From: Candidatus Scatosoma sp.
GTDB taxonomy: Bacteria > Bacillota > Clostridia > Christensenellales > Borkfalkiaceae
Assembly (NCBI GenBank): GCA_045128175.1
Contig: JBGVRF010000045.1
Location: 3,453-67,452 of the forward strand
Direction: 5' to 3'
DNA: 64,000 bases
Part shown: one piece after another, positions 9,079-17,010 of the stretch
Numbering within the stretch: position 1 is the first letter of the stretch
Layout: each line of letters starts with the position of its first letter
Notes under the pieces: model-generated
The model's input: only the letters and a program-made list of their open reading frames with translations
Databases searched by the model: none
Told to the model about the DNA's origin: nothing
Program-made: the position numbers and the translations under genes

Positions 9079-9109
9079 CCTGCCGCCCGCGTGTTTTTCG
9101 GGCGGCAGG
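9079..9109 (-). promoter_or_regulatory. 11-bp GC-rich hairpin abutting the jag Shine-Dalgarno sequence
   Basis: Stem CCTGCCGCCCG/CGGGCGGCAGG with a 9-nt loop. No U-tract follows on either strand. Confidence 0.45.
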
Positions 9110-9132
9110 AAATATCATATCCTCAAACCGTA

Positions 9133-10596
9133 TTACTTTTTGTCCTTTTTATTGGACTTTTCTTTCTTTTCCGACTGTTTATCCGTCTTATCGACGACTA
9201 CTTTATTGGGGAAACGTTTATTATATTTTTCCTGTTCCGCAGCTGCTTCCTTTTTCTGTTCGGAAAGATCTACAAGCTTGTTGATGACGATAGTGGAAAC
9301 GAGCGAGAAGATATTGCTGGTGATCATGTAGATCGAGAACGCCGCACTGTACATGAAAGAGAAAATGGCGAACATACCTGTCATGATGACCATCATCATC
9401 TTCTGTTGCGACGCACCTTGTCCGTCTACCGTCGAATATTTCTGCTGTTCCTTCTGCGAACGCATTGAAACGAATTGTTGCAACAGAATCGTGCCGATGG
9501 AAAGAATGATGAGTACGAAATAACCGTTTGCTTCGTTTTTCGCTTCGTTCAGCTTGCCCGTTACCGTATTATACGTTTCTTCGGTATATACGTTCGTATA
9601 CGCGCGCACCTCGTCCAGCTTCAGCTTTTCGCCGCTCACGTAGAAGCTTTCTCGCTCCATACCCGTCTTAAACTCGGAAAACTCCTGTATGGGATGCTTA
9701 TAACTTGCGTCCGTCACCCAAATATTTTTGATCCAAAGGAATTCGGTGTTGTGCACGACGACCTCGTTATACGTCGTTACGACCGCGTCCTGCGCTTTGG
9801 AAATGAAATAGCCTTTTATTCCATCTTGTTCCCACGCCTTGATCTGTTCCGCCGTGATCTCTCCCGCGTCTTCCTGCGCGTTATGCTCGTCCGTCTTTGC
9901 TTTTACCGCCGCGTCTACGAACGATTTGATTTCCTCGTTTGCATACGCTGCGTTTACGTCGATAAAATAACTCTTTTCCGCGTTTTGAAGATAGGCAAGA
10001 CGTTCTTCGTCCGTACCTGTATATCCTTCGCCTTTCGCAACGGTAATATAGATATACTTTCCGTCCTCTTTGATCACCAGCTTATCGCCGTTTTCCGTCA
10101 CGTTGTCAAGGCTGAGCTCAGCGCAATACGAGTACATCTGCGTGTTGTACGCGTCTACCATCGTATTGTAATTTTCGATGTTGGAATATTGCGAATAGGC
10201 GTTAAACGCGTTGATCGCAAAGATGAAGATGAGAAGAGAAAGGATCATAGGCAAGCAGGAGGAGAACATATTCATGCCGCTTTCCTTGTACATTTCCGCA
10301 ACTTTCTGATTGTACAGATCCTTGTTGTTGGCGTACTGTTTTTGCAGCTTTTCCATCTTGGCCTGATTTTCTTTCATCTTGATGTTCTGTTTACGCATCG
10401 ACTTTCTTTGAACTACGTCGAAAGGAAGCACGATGACCTTCAGAATAAGTGAAAATAAAATGACGCCGACGCCGATCGAACCGATGCCAAGTATCCATTT
10501 GACGATAACACCCAACCAGTTGAGGGCTACGTCATAGGTCTGTCCGAACAGCGCGATACCTACGTCGGCAGCGTTTAACAAATTCATAAGTTCCAT
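9133..10596 (-). CDS. yidC: membrane protein insertase YidC/Oxa1 family, unusually long (487 aa)
   Basis: YidC core TMs, a C1 coiled coil (QKSMRKQNIKMKENQAKMEKLQKQY), the FLWIKN motif and a basic tail. A roughly 200-aa insert lies between TM segments. Confidence 0.88.
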   Translation of the reverse strand: MELMNLLNAADVGIALFGQTYDVALNWLGVIVKWILGIGSIGVGVILFSLILKVIVLPFDVVQRKSMRKQNIKMKENQAKMEKLQKQYANNKDLYNQKVAEMYKESGMNMFSSCLPMILSLLIFIFAINAFNAYSQYSNIENYNTMVDAYNTQMYSYCAELSLDNVTENGDKLVIKEDGKYIYITVAKGEGYTGTDEERLAYLQNAEKSYFIDVNAAYANEEIKSFVDAAVKAKTDEHNAQEDAGEITAEQIKAWEQDGIKGYFISKAQDAVVTTYNEVVVHNTEFLWIKNIWVTDASYKHPIQEFSEFKTGMERESFYVSGEKLKLDEVRAYTNVYTEETYNTVTGKLNEAKNEANGYFVLIILSIGTILLQQFVSMRSQKEQQKYSTVDGQGASQQKMMMVIMTGMFAIFSFMYSAAFSIYMITSNIFSLVSTIVINKLVDLSEQKKEAAAEQEKYNKRFPNKVVVDKTDKQSEKKEKSNKKDKK

Positions 10597-10625
10597 ATTT
10601 TAATTGTTTCCAAAAATTTTATTTT

Positions 10626-10661
10626 CCAACGTTCCGTTGCAATGAATTGGCAACTTCGTTG
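10626..10661. repeat. fragment of the triloop-hairpin repeat family
   Basis: CAACG-TTC-CGTTG and CAAC-TTC-GTTG hairpins. A 15-mer CAACGTTCCGTTGCA is shared with 32324-32338. Confidence 0.5.
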
Positions 10662-10731
10662 TCGTAAATCGCGATTCTTGCCCTTTGTCTTTTAAAAAGG
10701 GGCAAGCTTACTTGAGAGGGGAAGGGGCGTT

Positions 10732-11058
10732 TTACATAAGCCATTTACGCAGACGCCATTTCTCCGTCGCCGGATCGTACCCGCCCTTCGACCAGGGATT
10801 GCAACGCAAAATGCGCCAACTACCCAACAGTATGCCGAGGAACACCCCGCGATTATTGATGCTTTCGAGGGTGTATTGCGAACAGGTCGGTCGATAGCGA
10901 CATTCGTGTCGGGATAAAAATTTCTGATATAAGAGGATCAGCCAAAGACAGAGCATTTTCAGATACGGCTTAAAAACCGTCTTGCGTAAATACCCGACGT
11001 TAGCCCTGACCAGCGCGCCGAAACGCGCGTTTACAGTTTCTCTTTTCCGATCATCCAT
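10732..11058 (-). CDS. yidD: membrane protein insertion efficiency factor YidD
   Basis: Motif YQKFLS...CRYRPTCSQYTLE. The start is uncertain: the longest ORF overlaps rnpA by 28 nt, and an internal ATG at 10956 would give 74 aa. Confidence 0.8.
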   Translation of the reverse strand: MDDRKRETVNARFGALVRANVGYLRKTVFKPYLKMLCLWLILLYQKFLSRHECRYRPTCSQYTLESINNRGVFLGILLGSWRILRCNPWSKGGYDPATEKWRLRKWLM

Positions 11059-11348
11059 TGCAAATGCCGTTTAAACGTTTCAAAGGCGTATTTGTCCGAG
11101 ACTTTGGGAATGAGAATGACCGAATAGGTTCCTTTCATCTCGTCTTGCGCGGCGCGAAACGCTTCCCGAAGCAGACGTTTGATGCGGTTCCTTTGTACCG
11201 CCTTGCCGTGCTTTTTCCCGATGGAGATGCCCATTCGCATCTTGTCCGAAGGCCTGTACAGCATCGTCACCGACGCCGAAAACGCGCGTTTGCCTTTCTG
11301 AAAAAGCCTTTGAAAATCCGCTTGTTTTTTTATTCTCAAATACTTCAT
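11031..11348 (-). CDS. rnpA: ribonuclease P protein component
   Basis: Basic 105-aa protein containing RNRIKRLLREAF, positioned between rpmH and yidD. Confidence 0.9.
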   Translation of the reverse strand: MKYLRIKKQADFQRLFQKGKRAFSASVTMLYRPSDKMRMGISIGKKHGKAVQRNRIKRLLREAFRAAQDEMKGTYSVILIPKVSDKYAFETFKRHLQWMIGKEKL

Positions 11349-11482
11349 TGTTTCTACGCGGAAAGTTTTTACGCCACGTTTGACGTAAAATTTCGTCCGT
11401 TATTATAAAATGGCAAATCCTCTCCTTTATAAAAAAGGAAAGGAACGCGTTGTCGATTTCAGCTGTTTATTGACTGTAAAGA

Positions 11483-11617
11483 TCAATGAGTAAGTCTCTT
11501 TCTGCCTTTTGCTCTACGTCTCTTCAGCACCTTTCTGCCTGCGGTGGTCGCCATTCTCTTACGGAAACCGTGTACTTTGCTCTTCTGTCTTTTCTTGGGT
11601 TGATACGTTCTTTTCAT
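11483..11617 (-). CDS. rpmH: 50S ribosomal protein L34
   Basis: Hand-translated 44 aa: [44 protein letters not shown]. An AGGAGA RBS is present. It is absent from the ORF track because it is under 60 aa. Confidence 0.95.
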   Translation of the reverse strand: MKRTYQPKKRQKSKVHGFRKRMATTAGRKVLKRRRAKGRKRLTH

Positions 11618-11794
11618 AATCTTTCTCCTGATTTTGGTTTTTTATCTTTTTGGTCGTATACCGCGTTCTTTCCCACGATAACTCTAATTATTATATCGCA
11701 AACGACGGAAGTCCGTCAAGCGATTTTAATGCGTTTTTTGATTTTTGTTCGTGGGGAGGCGGCGTTTTTACGGCAATTCGTTTTTTTTGATTCC

Positions 11795-11824
11795 GACGTC
11801 GTTTGTAAAGACGTCGTTTGTAAA
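11795..11824. repeat. perfect 2 x 15-bp tandem repeat GACGTCGTTTGTAAA
   Basis: Read directly from the sequence. It lies between the dnaN stop and the rpmH start. Confidence 0.9.
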
Positions 11825-11852
11825 ATAACAGCGCGACGCGTATACGTCGTTT

Positions 11853-12962
11853 TTATTCTTGAGGTTGATTGGTGCGCACGGGCAACACCAGATATTGGCA
11901 CCGCTTGTCCGATACGTTTTCCAGCGTGAACGGGGAAACGGGCGTGTTGAAAGACAGCGCCACTTCTTCTTCCTCCAACGCCTTCAACGCGTCAAGCAGA
12001 TACTTCGCGTTCATCGCGATCTTTAACTCTTTACCGTCAAGAGACGCCACGACCGTCTCTTCTACTTTACCCATTTCGGAATTTGCGTTGATGATGATCT
12101 TCCCGTTTTTGATATCGAAAATGATAAGGTTGTTCTTATCGCCGCGGATCAGAACGGACGCGCGTTCTACGCTGTCGATCAGCTCGCTGCGTCTCACCGT
12201 CGCCACCGTTGTAAATTCGACAGGGTAGATGTTTTCTTTACGCACGAACTCGCCCGAATACAAGCGGGACGTGATCACCGTATCCTGTACCTCTACGGAT
12301 AAGAGATTTTTGCTTGCATAGATTTTCAGATCGTCGTCGCCGTCAAGCATACGCGAGATCTCCGTCAACGTACGCGCGGGGCATACGATCTTCATTTCAC
12401 CCGCGCCGACTGCCGCGTCGCAATACGAACAAGCCATTCTGAACCCGTCGAGCGCCGTCGCCGTCAGCTTGCCCGCCTGCGTTTCCAACAGTGCGCCTTT
12501 GAGAATGGGGCGGCTGTCGTCCGTTGCACAACAGAACACGACTTTGGAGATGAGATTCTTCAGCTCGGATTCTTTGGTTTGGAAATAGCGATCCTCCTCC
12601 ACGCTGGACGAAAACTGCGGAAAATCGGAGGCGGGGAGCGCTTGCATATACGATTCACTGTCGCCGTAGCTGATCAGGATGCCCCGTTCGTCGGAAGAGA
12701 TAACGACCTCGAAGGACGCAATCTTGCCGACAAAATCGGCAAAGCATTTGCCGTTGACGCAAATTTCTCCCTCCTCGAGGATCTCTGCCTTGATCTTCTT
12801 TTCAATGGAAATTTCCCCGTCGTAGGCTTTTAACGTGAGCCCGTCGTTTTTTGCTTGTAGCTTGATGCATTCGAGAATGGGTGTGATCGTCTTGACTGCG
12901 CAAGCCTTGCTGACCGTAAGCGCCGCATCCGAAAGCACCGTTCCGTCGCAAACGAATTTCAT
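11853..12962 (-). CDS. dnaN: DNA polymerase III beta sliding clamp
   Basis: 369 aa with a three-domain clamp-like sequence (MKFVCDG...LQAKNDGLTLKAYDGE...) and a GGGAGGAAG RBS. Confidence 0.92.
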   Translation of the reverse strand: MKFVCDGTVLSDAALTVSKACAVKTITPILECIKLQAKNDGLTLKAYDGEISIEKKIKAEILEEGEICVNGKCFADFVGKIASFEVVISSDERGILISYGDSESYMQALPASDFPQFSSSVEEDRYFQTKESELKNLISKVVFCCATDDSRPILKGALLETQAGKLTATALDGFRMACSYCDAAVGAGEMKIVCPARTLTEISRMLDGDDDLKIYASKNLLSVEVQDTVITSRLYSGEFVRKENIYPVEFTTVATVRRSELIDSVERASVLIRGDKNNLIIFDIKNGKIIINANSEMGKVEETVVASLDGKELKIAMNAKYLLDALKALEEEEVALSFNTPVSPFTLENVSDKRCQYLVLPVRTNQPQE

Positions 12963-13099
12963 AGTGTTCTTCCTCCCGTTTCTAAGATGATTTTTATCTT
13001 ACATATTGTACCATATCCGCCCTGTTTTGGCAAGCAAAAACGGGGCGGTGACCGAATGATATTTTTCTTTTTATTTAGGCTTTGTTTCGACGCTCGGTT

Positions 13100-13500
13100 G
13101 ATTTCTGCCTGCAAAATACTGCGCGATACCGCGCTTGCGTTGAACGGCGTGAATATGGACGCGAATAGCGAATATTCTTTCGATGCCGACGGAAGCATCA
13201 TGTAGACACGGACGCTCTTCGTACAGCACTTTTGCTCAACCTTGGCGCAGGAAGCTCGTTGACGCTTGATAAAGGTGCAGTTATCGAATGACGTTTATAT
13301 ATTGAAGACGGAGCAGTGATTTCAAATAACGCTTCTTATAACAATAACAATCATGGTATCTTTAAAGTTTATTCTGGTTCTGTCGTTTATATGAATGGCG
13401 GCGAGATCAGTGAAAAACACGGTTAAATACGGTTTGTTGAACTCGCTTAATTCCCCTGTGGAAGGAGTTATTATAAATAGCGGAACGGTCACAATAATAT
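13100..13500 (+). pseudogene. possible decayed fragment of a beta-helix/repeat surface protein
   Basis: The frame from 13202 reads VDTDALRTALLLNLGAGSSLTLDKGAVIE*RLYIEDGAVISNNASYNNNNHGIFKVYSGSVVYMNGGEISEKHG*, with an in-frame TGA at 13289. Neighbouring frames show similar motifs (GVIINSGTVTI). There is no start or RBS, and the region is AT-rich. Confidence 0.3.
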
Positions 13501-13767
13501 CGCGACCAATAATGATAACAAAGATGCGTTTGCAGTAGTTATCAGTCAAGGGAAAAAAATAAAAGTAGTAAAAGCAATCGAAGCCGGGGAAGAACTCGGC
13601 AATTTTTTTTCGTCTAAGAAAGATAGAAAAGACAAGGTCAAGCGGAACGCTTGTGCTTACAATTTTTTTACAAAACGTTTTCAAAAGTCTAACGCGATTT
13701 TGATATTTTTTAAATAACTTCCGTGTATAATACAAATACAAAATCAAGAACACGGAGGAAACGTGAA

Positions 13768-14124
13768 ATGTATAACGCTATGTATAAAAACGAATCGAAA
13801 ATCGCGGCGGCGATCCGCGAAGAATACACGGAGAAAAAACCGAACAAGCTCGGCGAGCTTGTCGAGCTGGACAGAAAGGTAAAACGCCCCGCGGAGATAT
13901 TTGCGTACAGCTTCGGCACGGTCGGCTCGTTGGTGCTCGGCGCGGGTATGTGCCTTGCGATGAAGGTCATCGGCAATATGATGCCCCTCGGTATCGTCAT
14001 CGGTGCTGTCGGTATCGCAATGGTCACCGTAAACTATTTCATCTATAAAGCAATGGTGAAAAAGGGTAAGAAAAAATACGGCCGTCGGATCCTCGAACTC
14101 AGCAACGAGATCCTGCACGAATAA
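13768..14124 (+). CDS. small two-TM membrane protein (paralog of 7584..7976)
   Basis: GGAGG lies 9 nt upstream of the ATG at 13768. It aligns by eye with the 7584 protein. Confidence 0.65.
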   Translation: MYNAMYKNESKIAAAIREEYTEKKPNKLGELVELDRKVKRPAEIFAYSFGTVGSLVLGAGMCLAMKVIGNMMPLGIVIGAVGIAMVTVNYFIYKAMVKKGKKKYGRRILELSNEILHE

Positions 14125-14166
14125 GTTCTGTATAACAATAAAAATATAATAAAGGAAAAAACAATT

Positions 14167-14412
14167 ATGGCAAACTTTTTCAAAAAGGCATTTCAGGACA
14201 TGAAGGACAGCGCGAAGGCGCAACACGAAGTAGACAAAGCGAATTTCGAAGCGGTGAAAGCGGAATCGAAAGCGCAGTGGGAAGAAGCGAAAATGACGCC
14301 CGCGCAGCGTCAGGCGATGACGCAGAAGGAGCGCGACGAACAGATCGCGGAAGCGAAAGCGCGCACCGCGGCGGCGCAACAGCGTATCGACGCGGCAAAA
14401 AACAACAAATAA
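14167..14412 (+). CDS. small Lys/Glu/Ala-rich coiled-coil protein, function unknown
   Basis: 81-aa ORF with an upstream AAGGAAAAAA and a charged helical composition. Confidence 0.5.
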   Translation: MANFFKKAFQDMKDSAKAQHEVDKANFEAVKAESKAQWEEAKMTPAQRQAMTQKERDEQIAEAKARTAAAQQRIDAAKNNK

Positions 14413-14450
14413 GTCGATTGACGAACGAAGCGTTTAAAGAGTATAACAAA

Positions 14451-14480
14451 AGCCGTATCCGACGGGAAACGGCTTTTTTT
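14451..14480. terminator. terminator between convergent genes
   Basis: Stem AGCCGT/ACGGCT followed by T7, with an A-rich stretch upstream. Confidence 0.6.
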
Positions 14481-14782
14481 CATGCGCCTCGATCGGGGTG
14501 GGCGCGGCGCAGACGGCGGGTATATTCGGCGATCCGCGTCAGATCCCGCGCGCTGTTCTCGTTCAACACCCGAAAATCGCGTAGGCGCAGGGCCAGCTCG
14601 AAACGGGTTCCGTCATCGGTGAGAAATTCCGCGTACATGGGTCTGCCGCGGCCGGTATAAGAATAGGTGAGCGCGCCTAAACTGCCGCTCGGCAAGCCTT
14701 CCGCCCTGTGCGTATTATTTGTGAGGACGATGAGATCCAGTTCTTCCGCAAGGCGATTGTCTATGTATTTGTTCTTTTCCAT
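14480..14782 (-). CDS. hypothetical protein (100 aa)
   Basis: Strong AAAGGAGGA RBS. No motif was recognised. Confidence 0.55.
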   Translation of the reverse strand: MEKNKYIDNRLAEELDLIVLTNNTHRAEGLPSGSLGALTYSYTGRGRPMYAEFLTDDGTRFELALRLRDFRVLNENSARDLTRIAEYTRRLRRAHPDRGA

Positions 14783-15120
14783 ATCCGTTTGTCCTCCTTT
14801 TCTTTTTTAGCGTGCTATTAGTTTACCACGGATTTTGAAAATTACAAGAGGGGACTGCCAACTTTTTTTCAAAATTTGGAAAATTTTTTTTAAACGGCGT
14901 TTTCGGGCGAATAGGATCGGAGAAGAGAGGAGGCTCTTTCGGGGGAGTATTCGGAACAACTTTAAAACGTTGACTTTGCGTTCGCGATATGTTGCAATAT
15001 ATAGGTAAAGTAGGAAATGGAGGTACCATGTATGCGTAAACGTTTGGAGGAAATGATCTTGGAGGCGTTGTGGCGATTGTTTTCTATCTTTTTGGAGCTG
15101 TCAGCGAAAGGGAAATTCGT

Positions 15121-15152
15121 AAAAAATACACCGCTTTGTTGAAAGCGGTGTA
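15121..15152 (-). terminator. rho-independent terminator of the amino-acid ABC operon
   Basis: On the minus strand, an 11-bp stem TACACCGCTTT/AAAGCGGTGTA with a 4-nt loop is followed by T6. Confidence 0.75.
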
Positions 15153-15359
15153 CAAAGATCGGGATGGAAGCAAACAAGTCCCTTGTGGGGGGGGGAGTTC
15201 GCCCCGCGAAGGGAAACAAGCAAAGCTTTGCTTGATTGGAGGGAGTGTTTATGGGGCTCCGCTCCATACCACGCCAAAGGCTTCCGCCTTTGGATTCTGA
15301 CAAGAAACTGAGTTCCTTGATTTCCGACACGGTCCGGTGGAACGCTGGCGGTACGTTGG
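15153..15359 (-). repeat. hairpin-array intergenic repeat, copy D (minus orientation)
   Basis: The reverse complement starts right after the ABC ATPase stop: CCAACGTACCGCCAGCGTTCC...GGAAATCAAGGAACTCAGTTTCTTG..., followed by a series of short hairpins. Modules are shared with copies A to C. Confidence 0.8.
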
Positions 15360-16244
15360 TTAAAGTACCTTGGAAAGGAAGTCTTTCAGACGTTCGTCTT
15401 TGGGTGTTTCGAAAAATTCTTTTGGGGTGTTCTCTTCCTTGATCACGCCATCGCTCATAAAAATGACTCGGTTTGCGACTTCTTTCGCAAAGCCCATTTC
15501 GTGCGTGACCACGACCATGGTCATGCCTTCCTGCGCCAGCTCGGTCATTACTTTCAGCACTTCGCCGACCATTTCAGGATCCAGCGCGCTGGTCGGTTCG
15601 TCAAACAACATCACGTCGGGATTCATCGCTAAGGCGCGTACGATCGCGATACGTTGCTTCTGCCCGCCCGACAGGGTTGCGGGATAGACGTTCGCCTTGT
15701 CTTCAAGCCCTACTTTTTTCAATAACGCCATCGCTTGCGCGTTCGCTTCCGCTTCGGGCATTTTTTTCAGCTTCATCGGCGCCAGCGTGATGTTTTTCAA
15801 AACCGTCAGATTGGGAAACAGGTTGAATTGCTGAAATACCATGCCGATCTTCTGTCTGTGCAGATTGATCTTTTTTGCGACGACCTTTTCGATCGCTTTT
15901 TCTTTTTCGCGCAATGCTTGATATTCCGTTTCCAAAGTAAGATATTCTTCCGTATTCGCGGTTTTGTCTTTCTTTAACGCGTTGAGCTGTCTTTTCAAAT
16001 ATACGCGTTCGTTTTTAAAAACGTATTCGCCGTCGAGTAAAATTTCGCCTGCGGTGGGCGTTTCCAAAAGATTTAAACAGCGTAAAAAGGTGGATTTTCC
16101 ACAGCCTGAAGGTCCGATCACGGCGACGACGTCGCCTTTGTTGATCTCGACGTTGACGCCTTTCAGGACTTCCAATTCGCCGAATTTTTTATGCAGATTT
16201 TTAACGGACAGCAATAATTTTGTTTCGTTTGTATTAGCGTTCAT
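15360..16244 (-). CDS. amino-acid ABC transporter ATP-binding protein (GlnQ/ArtP-like) with a roughly 45-aa coiled-coil insert
   Basis: Walker [10 protein letters not shown], signature LSGGQKQR and Walker [12 protein letters not shown]. An insert lies between Walker A and the Q-loop. Confidence 0.92.
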   Translation of the reverse strand: MNANTNETKLLLSVKNLHKKFGELEVLKGVNVEINKGDVVAVIGPSGCGKSTFLRCLNLLETPTAGEILLDGEYVFKNERVYLKRQLNALKKDKTANTEEYLTLETEYQALREKEKAIEKVVAKKINLHRQKIGMVFQQFNLFPNLTVLKNITLAPMKLKKMPEAEANAQAMALLKKVGLEDKANVYPATLSGGQKQRIAIVRALAMNPDVMLFDEPTSALDPEMVGEVLKVMTELAQEGMTMVVVTHEMGFAKEVANRVIFMSDGVIKEENTPKEFFETPKDERLKDFLSKVL

Positions 16245-16926
16245 TTCTCTTCAACCTCTTTTCAATATATTTGATCGCGAATACCATGAGATATACCACG
16301 ACGAGATAGCAACAACCGACGAGGAGACCGCTGGCGAGGTAGTTAGGTACGCTGCGGTAGATAGTGCCTGCGGCGGCGTTGAGGTCGAACGTAAGACTGC
16401 CGGGCGTGGAACCGACCCAGCCGATGATGGAAGTTTCTTTTAAAAGAGCGATCATTTCGTTGCCGATTGCGGGGATGATGTTTTTGATCGCCTGCGGCAG
16501 AATGATGCGAATCATCGTCTGCAACCAATTCAAGCCCAAAGCTCTGCCTGCTTCCATTTGTCCTTGATCGACTGACGTGATACCTGCGCGAATGCTTTCG
16601 GAGACGTATGCGCCGGAATTTATGCCGAAGGTAATGATCGCGGCGTAAGGTTTGAAGCCGGGGATCGCAAATACGGCAAACACCATGATGAAGAGCTGTA
16701 AGGCAACGGGTGTGCCACGGAATACGGTCGTATAGATCCCGCAAATGATTTTGGGTAGTTTCATCCATTTGTTGTCGGGCGCGATCTTAACGACGGCGAC
16801 GACAAAGCCTAAAAACAGACCGAGTACCGCGGCGATCAGCGTGACGAGCAACGAATTGCCCAAGCCTTGAAACATATAGCCGACAAGCTCTTTGTCGGAA
16901 AGAATTTTAATGATATCCTGAAACAT
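16234..16926 (-). CDS. amino-acid ABC transporter permease
   Basis: Polar amino-acid permease pattern ([12 protein letters not shown]), overlapping the ATPase start. Confidence 0.9.
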   Translation of the reverse strand: MFQDIIKILSDKELVGYMFQGLGNSLLVTLIAAVLGLFLGFVVAVVKIAPDNKWMKLPKIICGIYTTVFRGTPVALQLFIMVFAVFAIPGFKPYAAIITFGINSGAYVSESIRAGITSVDQGQMEAGRALGLNWLQTMIRIILPQAIKNIIPAIGNEMIALLKETSIIGWVGSTPGSLTFDLNAAAGTIYRSVPNYLASGLLVGCCYLVVVYLMVFAIKYIEKRLKRNER

Positions 16927-17010
16927 AGCTTTTTCCTGTGATGTGACTTTGCGGTCATAGAAAGAGGGAAAGACGTGCCGTCCTTCCCTCGCGTAAAGTC
17001 GTTATATCGA

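Noticed and set aside
11618-11852. oriC or a DnaA-box cluster in the dnaN-rpmH spacer (also checked 12963-13767 and 17836-18103).
   Set aside because: Reading by eye found no cluster of TTATCCACA-like 9-mers. Only isolated weak matches occur, such as TTATCCACG at about 24667, which is elsewhere. This cannot be settled without whole-genome skew analysis.
13289-13291. In-frame TGA in the protein-like frame at 13202-13426 as evidence for stop-codon reassignment.
   Set aside because: TGA clearly terminates well-defined genes in this window (mutY, metG, tatD). Neighbouring frames are also broken and there is no start or RBS, so decay is the simpler explanation.
15032-15142. 36-aa ORF (MRKRLEEMILEALWRLFSIFLELSAKGKFVKNTPLC) downstream of a promoter-like TTGACT...TGCAAT.
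   Set aside because: Its ATG is part of the recurrent GTATGCGT(A/T)(A/T)ACG motif, and its 3' end runs into the minus-strand terminator hairpin. I know of no conservation and it has no features beyond chance, so it was left uncalled.
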